Assembly (NCBI GenBank): GCA_976551045.1
Contig: CDPCPM010000017.1
Span: 7,316,001-7,380,000 of the forward strand
DNA from: Glaucostegus cemiculus
Taxonomy: Eukaryota
Reading direction: 5' to 3'
Length of the DNA: 64,000 nt
Part shown: positions 1-11,637 of the stretch, in pieces
Numbering within the stretch: the stretch's first letter is position 1
How the letters are laid out: each line of letters begins with the position of its first letter
Program-made: the position numbers and the translations under genes
The notes under the pieces: model-generated
The model's database searches: none
Told to the model about the DNA's origin: nothing
Seen by the model: only the letters and a program-made list of their open reading frames with translations

Positions 1-223
1 GGACAAGTTTCAAAGTGTTAAATATATTTAGTGATACAATCTTATGCTAGCACAGTTTCAGAAGCAGTAAAATTCTTCTTAAATGTTAAGCTATTAACTT
101 GACTGCATTAGTTGTTTGGGGTCTTAGTCAGAAATAAAGATCAGGTACCTATGACTTGTTTCAGAGGTAGCATTTTATGTTATCCATCTCTAACTGAATG
201 ATTTTAAGCATCATTATGAAAAA

Positions 224-273
224 TATGTCATGTCACTGGCAATGTCTCTAAGCATTGCCAGTGACATGATGTA
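224..273. repeat. Short perfect inverted repeat (hairpin)
   Basis: TCATGTCACTGGCAATG (228-244) and CATTGCCAGTGACATGA (253-269) are exact reverse complements around an 8-nt spacer. Confidence 0.95.
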
Positions 274-2577
274 CTTTTCACACTGAGCCTTGAAATCATT
301 CAGTTAGAGATGGATGTGGAAGGTGACTGGTTCCTGTGGAATCACACACAAAGTCAGTGGAGGGGGAAACTGGTTAAAAAAATGACAGCGGTAAAATCCT
401 CGATATAAATCTACAATGGATGGGAGGTCGGTGAGGGCTGGGATAAAATAAAGAGATGTAACCCAATGTGGATGCGCCACACAGGTGGAAGGACAACCAA
501 TATTGGGGTGTCTGCTGTATTCCCTCACGGAAAGGATGGACGATTAACAACTCAAACAGCTTGGGCTACTACATAGGGATAGGACCTATTGGCTGTACAA
601 CTAAAGGCATATCTTGTGGGTAGGAATGTTCCTTCCAAACCCACAGATCTTTAACCTCCCTGACCCCTTTTCCCAGCATCACACCCTCTTGTCAACTCGT
701 TCTCATTGCCTCCACTTTGCTGTCTGCCTACCTTCCCACCTTCCCCTCATGAATGCCAACTTCTCACCCCAACTGTTAGAAACCCTTCTGGCAATAATTG
801 CCCCTGGGTAGGGTGTCCATTTGACTCTCTGCTAGGCAAGACAAGGCCCTTAATGTTGGGTCACGTGTCCCTGGCTTGCAAAGTTCTCCAGCTATTTAGG
901 CCTTCCCTACACTTCCTTTTCTAATAAAACTCCAGACATTTTAAGGGAATAAGTATGCTGGAAATAAATGAAAATAAATTAAACACAGTACACCTTGGTT
1001 CACTGTCTCCCAATAGAGCACAGAATCTGCATTGCAGCACTCTGGAATACAACAATGTTCCATGCTGTACTAGGGATACGAGCCAACATTTCAGCTTAAA
1101 ATTGTGAATAGCGGATAGTACAGTATATCTTAAGATTTATAACTACTCACACTTTTGTTATCCACCTGGAGATCATACACTGGCAGAATAATAGCACTCT
1201 GACATCCTGCTAATCTCTTTCTCAGCTAGTCTGCCAAGGAGAAGCAGATAACCAATTCTGATTGATACTTCCTACTCAGCTGCTGCAAGTTTGAGCCCAG
1301 CAAATGCCTTGTCTTTGACCACTGAAAGGGATACTGAGTGTATTGGGAGCTGATTTGGAGAGAACAGGCTTGACCCCTTTTTCCTAACATATTCCATTCT
1401 TCACTCCACAGTGTTTGAGAAACTAAAAACCCTATTGAGCTAAGAGAATAGCTGGATTCAATTTTATAATAAAACAAGCATAACAGCTTTATTTTTCACA
1501 AGGGCAACACTATTTGGTGCCAAGGATTGTTTCCATACATTGGAACCAGGGTTGGCCTTTACTGTACAAAAGGCACTGGTGCATGGTTTCCTCCTGGAAT
1601 CTTTGCCAGAAGCATCTTATCCTTCACCATTTTCGATGTTTGCCCAATGTACGTAACCTTTTAGTTGAGCTCCTAGCCATCAGCTGAATGAGTAATCTTA
1701 GTGTGTGTGGCTAGTGACGTTAATGTGACTGTGCAATTTATGATCAGACCATTTAGGACACTTTTAGCTGCCTTTAACACCAGTTACTCACTTGTGGGGT
1801 GGTTTACTGATGCTCTGTATCAGTGATAATAAAATATACTGCTATTTTCAACAGGGTGAGGCCAAGCTGTCATATTGAGAATTTATGGGGAAGCAGTAGT
1901 GTTTTGCCTGCAGCGTGTGAATGCTATTAATAACCAGCAGTGCTGTGAATGAGGCCAGGACAGGCAATTCGCAAGCAAAATCCAGGAATGATTCTCTCAT
2001 TAATCATCTGTTTCCTGAACTGCCTGAATATGCCGACTGAGCAAGTGTTCAGAAAGGATGCCTCAGCTCAGGACTATTAAAAGAAACCGTCTGCACAGAG
2101 GTGACAGAAAGTAAAGATAATGGGACAGCAACACAAGGAGATGGAGCGGACATGAACACGGGTGTTGATATTTAACTACAATTGTTTGATTAACAAATTA
2201 AAAATATAGTTATAATTTGTTTCTGTAGGTGAAATCAGTGCTGCTCCCACTTTGCACAACGGCAGAATTCAGTATCCAGTCAGCTGATCTTGAACCTGCT
2301 TCTCTTCAAATTAAGGGCCATCAGAAATATATTTGAAACAGATTTTTGTCAGAAAACCAAAAAATTATCTTCAAATTTCTGAATCTTTTCAGGAGATGCT
2401 TTCACAAATTCTACTTATAGAAGAAATATTAAACTGGACTTACTTTTATAGTGGTCATTTTTATTTACCCAGGTATACGATGCAATTTTAAGGTTTTTTG
2501 GCACAATAGGCAAGTTTGATTCACCCTGCAGTGTGAAGTATTTGCCAGTGTTTCCAGCATAATCAAAGCTGCATACT

Positions 2578-2920
2578 AGAAACGACCAGGCTGTGTAATA
2601 GCTTCTTCCCGCAAGCCATCAGATCAGTGAACTCTCTCATCCTTCCATCTATCCTGCCAACACTAAAAGACGCTAGGCGCTCAGAAACGCACCAGCACTT
2701 TAAATGTCCGCTGCCAGTTCGCTCATTTTAAAACTATTTATTTAAGCTGCAGAATTTAATTTAATTTTCGCGGTTTTAATGTTCTTTTTCAGTGTGTGTC
2801 TGTGTGTCTCTTCTGTTTAATATTTAATGTGATGTGCACCTGTGGAGGATAGTATCTCGCTCCTATGCATACTGTGTGTGTGTGTATATGGTTGTGACAA
2901 TAAAACTGATTCTGATTCTG
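2578..2920 (+). mobile_element. Rex1/Babar-type LINE, 5'-truncated 3' end
   Basis: Starts in the TTRL.NSFFPQAIR coding tail, aligns by eye with 5903-6302, and ends in ACAATAAAA plus a (CTGATT)n tail. Confidence 0.85.
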
Positions 2921-4433
2921 AGCAGAGTTCATCAATAGCTGGACACGCAGCATGTCTTTGATGAACATAGGCAATGAGGGAACTGCTTGTTTTGCTTCTT
3001 AGAGACCAAACTATTATCATCCATCAGAATTTGAGGTGTAATGCCGAGCTTAATCATGCTTTGCGCCTCTTACAAAGTACAAGATTTTTAAAAATTTTGT
3101 TTTAAAAATCTTGAGCATTTAAACCACATTATGATGGATGAGGATGGGCGGGGGGTGGGTTCGGTGCTGGCGGGAAGGGGGAGACCTGAAGAGTGGGTAA
3201 ATCATTTATTATTTTTCTTACTTTAATTAGATTGTTGATTAGAAAGTTCAAGTGCCTTTTTGTTTAATGTTTCAAAATTGAAGAGGATAGGAAACTGGAA
3301 GTAACAAAACAAAACAAAAAAACATGAATAAATGCCCTCACATCTCATTCATGTAGCAGCTCCAGTTATCTCTGGCACACAGAATCAGCAGGTCATAACC
3401 TGCTTAAAACAATATGTATTTTAAGGACTATCAGCCCAACTCTCAACATTCATGAAGTTGAAGAATCCCTGCAGATTTAGGGACATAACTAAGGAAATGT
3501 CTGAATTAAATTTGTAATAATCCTCGTATTTGATCTCATTTATTTTTGTAGCCAGTTATCAAATCTGTGATTAGTCTTTAACACCAATTTCAAGCACCAT
3601 TTTCTGTTAGCTGGAATCATTGAATGATTAAATATTTCAAGAGCTGGAAGAGAGACTGTATTCAAGCAGAAATGTGTTTGAGCTGGTGTATTTTTTCCAT
3701 GTTGCATATTATTAAGAACAATCTACACTAGCTACTTGGCATGGGTGTTGCATTCAGCTATGTTTAAATCTACCCTGGTTACCAAGCCTGGGCGAGGAGG
3801 ATGAGCCAGCAGCTTGCTGCCAGGCTTCTGGCACATTCAACCTTACAACTGGGCACAGGAGGTACAGAGGTCACTGCTTAATCACCTTCCCAAAATGGCA
3901 CTGGGCACCTTGTAGCAAAAAGATAAAATGGTTTCAATTAATTCATATTCAAATAATTAGTGCTCAGAAGACTAGGTTATAAATACATTTGCCATTTTCT
4001 CTGCTCATTCACTGATAAATAGCAGAGGTTAGAAAGCCCATATGATTAATGATTAACACAGAGCCAGCAAATGAATTTCTTGGACTGATTACAACTCCTT
4101 TGTTGGTGACAAAGGCAAGCTTGGGCTTGCTGCAGGTCCCAATGGAGAAATCTCAGTCTCAATTTACTGTCTGTAACAGCTCCCAGCAGCACATATAACC
4201 ACACACATTTCACATAGCAATTCATTTGTATAATTACTATTGAAAGGTCATTGTTAACTGGATCTTCTTCTGACTGTTTACTGCACGTTGAACAATCCTG
4301 CTTCCAATTGATATCAGGAGACACTTCGTCTCAAATGTCTGAGCTCACAATGCCATGACTTCCTTGGTGCCAACAACAAACAGAAGAGGATCCATCTTGT
4401 TGCTATACATCTATCTGCTTATTAGTCTCTTAC

Positions 4434-4604
4434 CACAGATTTCCGGATACTTGCTCGTGGTTTTGGGATGGGTTTGCCAGCTTTACTTTCAAGGCTATCT
4501 TGCATTGTTGGCGGGCCATGTCCACCTTTCCTGGCTTGCAGGGCCAACTGATAAGCCACTTCAAAGGCTTGTCCGAGTGTTAAAATGATCTCATATGCTA
4601 AATT
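4434..4604 (-). CDS. ANKS1B: ANKS1B coding exon (PTB C-terminal helix and tail): [57 protein letters not shown]
   Basis: 171 nt, phase 0-0. TTTCCTTTCACCAG acceptor and GTG|GTAAGA donor. [10 protein letters not shown] and KPIPKPR match ANKS1B. Confidence 0.97.
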
Positions 4605-5335
4605 CTGGTGAAAGGAAACATATTGGATCTCTATCAGCAATTTGAAGACAACTTAAGAAAAGTAAAAGTAACGTAATTGTGTGCACCATCCATGTTAATA
4701 ATTAAACATGATTTCCTAACTTCAGTAATACCAACAGCAAGTTCCGTGGTATTATTTTAATTCTAATTCATATTATCAAAATAATAAGAATGATGAATGC
4801 CTTGTCTGATCACATTGTTTTCTGGTTTTGCTTATTTCAAGTAGCAGTATTAGATTAAGACTGCCATGTTTCATAATTAAAGTCAAGTCAGTCATGCCAA
4901 ACATTGCACTGAGTTCATGTTCCAGCAGCTTAATCCTGAAATTATTTTTCTTGTTGCTGCTTTCCATCAACTAACAGGATTGTTATTTGACATCAGAAGG
5001 CATTAATAGCTAAATAAATAATCCAGAAATTATTTTTGACAGATTATTCATACTACCTAATTGTATATTGCTCAAGGGTATGCAACATAATTAAGATTCA
5101 AAGGTTGCATCTTATCAACACTTCTCAAAATTGAGATTTCTAATATCTTAGTGTGCTTACTCCCAAAAAATTTAACTGCAACACTGTTTATCTCCATGGA
5201 AACAATCTTTTCCACTGCAGCTTTATTTTTGATTCTGTCGGGTGGTTTCTACAGCAGTGGCATTCATTTTACGTTCACTTGTGCTCACACTACCTCCAAT
5301 ACCTCCAAATCTCGCCATTTTACGAATGAAATAAA

Positions 5336-6302
5336 GCTCACGAAGAAAGCTCAGAAACGCCTCTACTTCCTGCGGAGACTGAGGAAAGCGTACCCCCATC
5401 CCTCCGTCATGAAAACCTTCTACAGGGGGACCATTGAGAGCATCCTAACTCAATGTATCACTGTTTGGTTTGGAAGCTGCTCAGCTGCTGGGCGGAAGTC
5501 CCTCCAGAAGATAGTTAGGGCTGCGAAGTGGATCACAGAAAGCAGTGGAAGCCAGATCATTGGGGATATTCAAGGAGGAAATAGATAGATATCTAATTGG
5601 TCAAGGTATCAAGGGATATGGAGATAAGGCAGGGATTTGGACTTAGAATAGGTTTTTTTTTCCTTCCTCTTATCCTCTTTTTCCCCACCCTCCCTTCCCT
5701 TTGGAGCAGACTCGATGGGCCGACTGGCCTGCTTCTGCTCCATTATCTTGTGATCATAGGTGTCTCGCTTCCATCCCTCGCAGACATATACAAAGACAGT
5801 TGCGTGAGGAAGACCAAAAGCATAATGGCCGACCCTTCTCACCCCTCCAACCACCTCTCCACAATTTTGCCATCAGGGAGGAGGCTTAAATGTCTCAGGG
5901 CAAGAACGACCAGGCTGAACAATAGCTTCTTTCCGCAAGCCATCAGAACTGCAAACTCTCTCATCCCTCCATCTTCCTTTGTTAACACTAAGAGATGCTA
6001 GGTGCACAGGAATGCACCAGCACTTTAAATGCCCGACACCAGCCCGTTCACTTTAATAACTATTTATTTATTTACCGGCCATTTTTAATTTAATCTGCGT
6101 ACTAATTTAATTTTAACTTCCGTAGCTTTTAATGTTTAATGTTTTGTAATGTTTATTCTGTCAAGTGTGTATGTCTCTGTGTGTCTCTGTTGGTTGTTAT
6201 GTTATTTTATGGGACGAGCACCTGCGGAGGACGGTATCTCGCTCCTATGCATACTATGTATGTATATGGTTGCGACAATAAAACTGATTCTGATTCTGAT
6301 TT
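5336..6302 (+). mobile_element. Rex1/Babar-type LINE 3' fragment (DUF1891-like RT C-terminus plus 3' UTR), interrupted by a CR1 fragment
   Basis: KKAQKRLYFLRRLRK..FYRGTIESILT.CITVWFG and DPSHP...LPSGRRL...TTRLNNSFFPQAIR; (CTGATT)n tail. Confidence 0.9.
5536..5751 (+). mobile_element. CR1 LINE 3' end nested inside the Rex1 copy
   Basis: CR1-type 3' text (ttcaaggaggaaatagatagatat..atcaagggatatgg..ggagcagactcgatgggccgactggcctgcttctgctcc), flanked by GATCA at 5531-5535 and 5752-5756. Confidence 0.85.
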
Positions 6303-6430
6303 TATTAAGGCGAAAACTATTTACTGGCCTACTGAAAGTGGATGGAACCTTGCCTGATAAACATATGCATTTAGAGTTCACAAATGTGAGTCTGCAGTAT
6401 AACGCAATTCTTTTCTGTCTAAAATAGTCT

Positions 6431-6575
6431 CTTTCAAGAGACTGTTGGATAGATACATGGAGGTAAATAAGATAGAAGGTTATGGGTAAGCCTAATAGTG
6501 TGGGGACATGTTCGGCACAGCTTTGTGGGCCGAAGGGCCTGAATTGTGCTGTAGGTATCTATGTTCTATGTTCTA
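6431..6575 (+). mobile_element. CR1 (HER1-like) LINE 3' terminus
   Basis: ttcaagagactgttggatagatacatgg..gtgggccgaagggcctg..gtgctgta followed by a (TCTATGT)n tail. Confidence 0.85.
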
Positions 6576-8075
6576 AAATGGTGAGAATAGAACAACTAAT
6601 GTTAGTGGAAGTAGCTAGAATGCAGGTAAAATAGGTCTCCATAATATAAAACAGTTCTTGCAAGCTTTAAAAATCACTGCAAGCACTGCCCCAGATTCCC
6701 ACACAGCCCAGTCTCACCTCAATTACAATGAATTTCTTTAATCTAAGTTTGCAATTAAACCTCATCATTTTTTGTGAATCACATAAAGTGGTTATTTTTT
6801 TTAAATTTAATTGCTCAATATTTCTGATTTATATAATCAAGATTTTATAAAGTACTAACATTTTAGAACAGGTTAAGCCATATTTGATCTATCTACAAAG
6901 TGTAAAGGAGAATTTAGTGGCTAACAGGCAGCAAGGACTATCTTGTGACAATAACTGCTGTGCAAGTGTACAGTAACAGCATCACTCAGCAGAGTTTAAA
7001 GATTCATGTCTAGAATGCATTCTTCACATAATCTGACTGCCAGCTGTGCCACACAATCAGTTTGAACACCGGGAAAATGAATGCTTTGTGCATCTCTGAG
7101 TTGTAACATTGTGAGGAATATGAAAAACATTACGTGAAAATGTTTGTTAGAACACTAGCTGTTGCTGAGAAGATTGGCATGAGTGTTTCAAACGCAGAAG
7201 ATGTGGTGTTCACAATTACCTATACACCACAATAATGATGAAAGGAATGCATCCAAAGTTTCTTTTCTTGCCAGCTCTGAGCAATTGCCAATGGTGTGTT
7301 TTATTCATTGGAGAAACATAAATAATTATAAAAACCATTCATTAAATTATTTTTTTTAAACTGTGATAATGTATAGTAAATATAAAATATGAATAATGTG
7401 TACCTGAGCACCGATTTTAGTGACTATCCTTTGAAGATTATACTAAGCTCCAGGTATTTCTGTGAGCCACATTAAAGCAAAAGCCTCCTTGCTTACTTGA
7501 AATTGTAAAGCAATTCACATGGCCACCAGGAGCATAATGCACATCTCTTAATTCGTCTTTTTAAGTATGTGGGGCATTCCTTACAAAAAACTGCAGGCCT
7601 GTAATCTTTTCTGGACTTCCAATGTAATCCTCAAAAGTTCAATGCTTGACAAGAACAATTTAAATGTCACAAATAAATTTTACTCTTTTGAAAATAGTAA
7701 CATTAACTGTCAATTAATAATATAGATGGAGCACAAATATCAAACCTTGTTTTGGCTCTGGGTCACTATTAAGACAGTACTCTTTACATGCAAGGGCTAA
7801 GAACATAGATTGAGATTTATCATTAATTTTTGTACAGCTTGGACAATCACAATCTTTGTCGATGGCTCCACAAATCCAAATTATGCAGAAATCAACTGAA
7901 ACAGTTAAACATAACTTGTAGGTTGCATCAAAGGTGAGTGCAGACCAACTCCTGAAATTGGTTGCTCACGAATGAAGCATGATCCACGTAGAGAAAAAGA
8001 AAAAGAAAAAAAAAATCACATCAGAAACTCTATAAAAATTCAAAACAAAAAGATGAAAAATAGCGAGAGACTGAC

Positions 8076-8213
8076 CACATCAAAAGCACTGAATACATGA
8101 CAATAGTGGTGAGTCGACTTTAAGTCTTTAGTGATGTAGGCAAAGGTGGAAAGATCTTCAGGGTCCTGAGCAGCGCAAGAAATATTCCTAATTTCATGCT
8201 CTGTGATGATATT
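8076..8213 (-). CDS. ANKS1B: ANKS1B coding exon (PTB): [46 protein letters not shown]
   Basis: 138 nt, phase 0-0. TTTTGTTTTAACTCTGCAG acceptor and GTG|GTCAGT donor. PTB motif HYCHVF. Confidence 0.97.
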
Positions 8214-11200
8214 CTGCAGAGTTAAAACAAAAGAGTTGAAGTTATCTGCAGGTCTGAACAAATATATGAACTTTGTTACACATTATTAGCAAAGCTCGTA
8301 ACTTCAAACACATAATATGGCTTTTTTGGGTTTTTTTGAGAGGTGCAAAGATTATAATGATTAAATTCATTCTGCAAATCTAACCTTTGTTAGGAGTTAC
8401 TCACTGCCCGTTTAATTTTTATTATGGTGCTTCACTACACTATTGTATTTTACATTTTAAGCTTTCGTCAATGCATAAATATCATAACATTTTCTGATTA
8501 CATGGTTTTCAGTGAGCTGGTGATAATTACTCAGTTCCTCCATTATCAACATAGCAATTTTTTTTTTGAAAGTGAACAACAGCAGGACGGACAGCAGCAA
8601 GCATTAAATAATCATACAAGGATTCATTGTCCACCACAAAGCTACTCATATGGTGATGGAGATACTCAGTAACACATTTAAATTTGGTATTTTTTCTCAA
8701 AATTTTTCCTGTGAGTAATGTATTACAAGCTGCTTTTCAAATTCTTTGTTGTTAGTACAAGTCAATACTAAATTTGTAACATAACAAGAGATACAATCAG
8801 TAATTGATAAAGCTGGAGGAAAGGCTTCTGATGGTGTCAGAATTTAGGCAGCAATGAATGTGGGTCAGATAAACTCTGGAGCATACAGAGAACCACATCC
8901 CAGGGTAACCCTGCAGCTGAACTAAACTTCCACAGCAAATATCCTGCCAGCATGACCTCAATGGCTTGTCTGTGAGGGGGCAAACTGTGAGTAAGCATTG
9001 AAAAACAAATTAAACAATAATTTCAAACACTGTTTAAAAGGATAAAACTGCCAATAATTAAAGGAAAAAGATTAACAAAATCTTTTAAATGAAGGTCAAC
9101 AACCCAAGATGACAGGGCTCCACTTGACGTGCGAGTGATCTCTACCATAAGGATGAAGGTCCAGATACAAAGTGTGTCCTACTCCTCAGCTCAGTCATCT
9201 ATAGAACACCCTTGGTCTCAATGATGAGTCAAGTTCAGGAGCGGCATGTACATCAGATCTCTGGTGTGTTCCTGGCCTCCAGCTTCTTCTGTGCTGCAGT
9301 GCACAAGTATTGCAAGTCCAAAACATGCTGCCATGCCCACTGCAGCTTTCATCGGACCGCTGCAGACCCAGCAGCTAACTACCAGTGAAATACGGTCACC
9401 TTGAAACCAAATAGTTCAACCCGAGACCAAATATTTCAAGCTCAAATGCGAAGACACATTAAAACTAAGACCTCTGGCAGACTTCAGTTAAAAATAGAGA
9501 AAGAACAAATTTTATGAGATGATAACCTATAGCTGAAACTCAGCTGCCACAGGTCAATTTTCTCTGGTATCTGCTATGGTTCTGAGACAACATTTGGTTT
9601 TCTTAGGCTTTAAGAGTTAAATTACTTGCAGCCATTTTCAAACAATGTTTCAATGTCAGTGTAACTTGGCTATAGATAAAACAATATCATTTTGGAATCT
9701 GCGCAGGTTGAGGAAATGTAGTGCTGTCAGTTTCATTGAAATGCAATCTTCTAGCCTGGGATCAACAGTTCACTCTTCAAGTTATCATACATGGTCACAA
9801 GATGTTTCACATTTTGTTGTTGAATTAATTACAAATAACTTTATTTGAAGTCCCAATTCGAAATGAAAAAATGTGATCAGGTATCTCCTGCATGACAATA
9901 ACTACAATGTTGTTTTACATAAAAACATACTCTGAAGCCATAAACTAGTTTTTTTTTTCATTCCTAGGACAACTAAACAAAGTTACTTTGCCCCCTTTAA
10001 CCAATAAAACTGTAGCACGGTGCAACATAACACTTAATTAACTATTTCACTTCACACACTGGGCTGGATCCTGCTTGATCTGTCCACAGTCTGTGCTCAA
10101 TTTATCATTTGTGGCTCCGATTCTAGTCAAGTATCAGGCCTTGCTGTCATGGCTAATCAGCAAAGTGCAGTGGGCTGGGAGCGATGGGTACGCCTGGGGT
10201 GACTGATCGTGAGGCTGCAACTGAGGGTCTTTTGAAAGTCTGCTGATATAAAAGGTCCTTGAACCATTTTTTAAATGGTAACCAAAGACATTTAAAAGCA
10301 GCTCATTACTTCCGATTAATCCCTTGCCAATCAAAAATGCTTCACAACTGTTACTTCCATCAGTACTTGCTTAGATACGTACATTGTGTTATACTTCAAA
10401 ATGCTTTCTGTGCATAGACCACAGTGAGCAGATGAAAAATACAACAGGATTTAAGGAATGCATAAGGTTTTGTATCCATTAAATAACAGGAATCACCTGT
10501 AGGTATTAAGATTACATGGATCAGTTGTAAAATATGTAGAGATCCAATTGCAAAGTAGGCTAGTGGAATTACAGAATTCATCAAAGCCTAAACCTACCAG
10601 GCAATGACAACTTTGACCTTGTTTTAAAAGCAGAAGAAACTGGTGTAGATATATCTGGTCAACACGATGCTACTGTCGACACAAGCAATCACCAGAATTT
10701 TGTTGTAACAAAAAGAATTTTTAAACTTCAAATATAAAAACAAATAAGTCACATCTGGATTATAGTGATTTTTCTCTGGCAACTTATAGGAAACCTATTG
10801 GAAATACTGAGCATGATTTGTGGACCATTAATTAAAATCCTAACATTTTTCTAAAAAGTCAATTGGAACCAATGCTGTTGATGAAAAAGGATAATCCAAA
10901 TGAACTGCAAACACACAGAACTGTCAAAGGGGACAATATTAATGATTCTCAGGAAATCAAGACAAGGAATTTTGCCCTTAAATCCAAAGTGGCAGATATG
11001 GATGTTGCATGATCCAAGGAAAGAAACTTGTAAAGGGTGAATAATGTAGAAGAGAAGGTTAGATCGATAAGTTCCAGTGAGGCTTAATTTATCTTCTTTA
11101 TGTATCTTTAAAGAACCTGTCCACAGAAGATTACCTGAGTTAGGCAACATCCATAAAATCGCAGATGGTAACTGGTGTTTGGCAAGAAGTACAGGCAGGC

Positions 11201-11553
11201 TGAATGCTTCGTAGTTCTGTGTTTTACATTTTTGCATGTTGCATTTTACAATCTCCTTCACTTTTCTCATTATTGTAAATTTGCTTGGAAAAAAACTACT
11301 GCTTTTTGATACAATACATTTTTCCTCATCTCCTAACACACCTTTTAACTTGTTTTGAAGACGTAAATATATTTATATACATTTTAAATAAATATGGTGC
11401 AAATTGATGTTGACTTCATATTTACTGATTAACAAGCCTCAATCCTATTTGACCACATGAATGTTCTTTTTGTTCCAGATCCCAGCATCTGCAGTCTCTT
11501 GTGTAACCAATTAATTGTAACTGATGCAGTGGCTAGCTGCTTTTCTCACTTAC

Positions 11554-11637
11554 CTTATTTGTAGCATCAATGAATTTTACCCCTTTGTACGAGATTGAAA
11601 GTATGATTGTGGGAATCTTCTTCATTTGTTCTGAAGC
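11554..11637 (-). CDS. ANKS1B: ANKS1B coding exon (PTB): [28 protein letters not shown]
   Basis: 84 nt, phase 0-0. TCTTCTGTTCCCCAG acceptor and AAG|GTAAGT donor. An in-frame upstream TAG would extend the exon to 11652. Confidence 0.95.

Noticed and set aside
1145-1170. Possible 15-nt microexon CAG|GTGGATAACAAAAGT|GTGAGT (VDNKS)
   Set aside because: Good donor but poor pyrimidine tract and no homology support; too weak to call.
5151-6001. ORFs resembling the DUF1891 / ALKBH8 N-terminal annotation (also 57204-57575)
   Set aside because: These are Rex1/Babar LINE RT C-termini with LINE tails, not host genes.
10851-11339. 162-aa minus-strand ORF inside a PTB intron
   Set aside because: No recognisable motif, and the PTB domain is complete without it.
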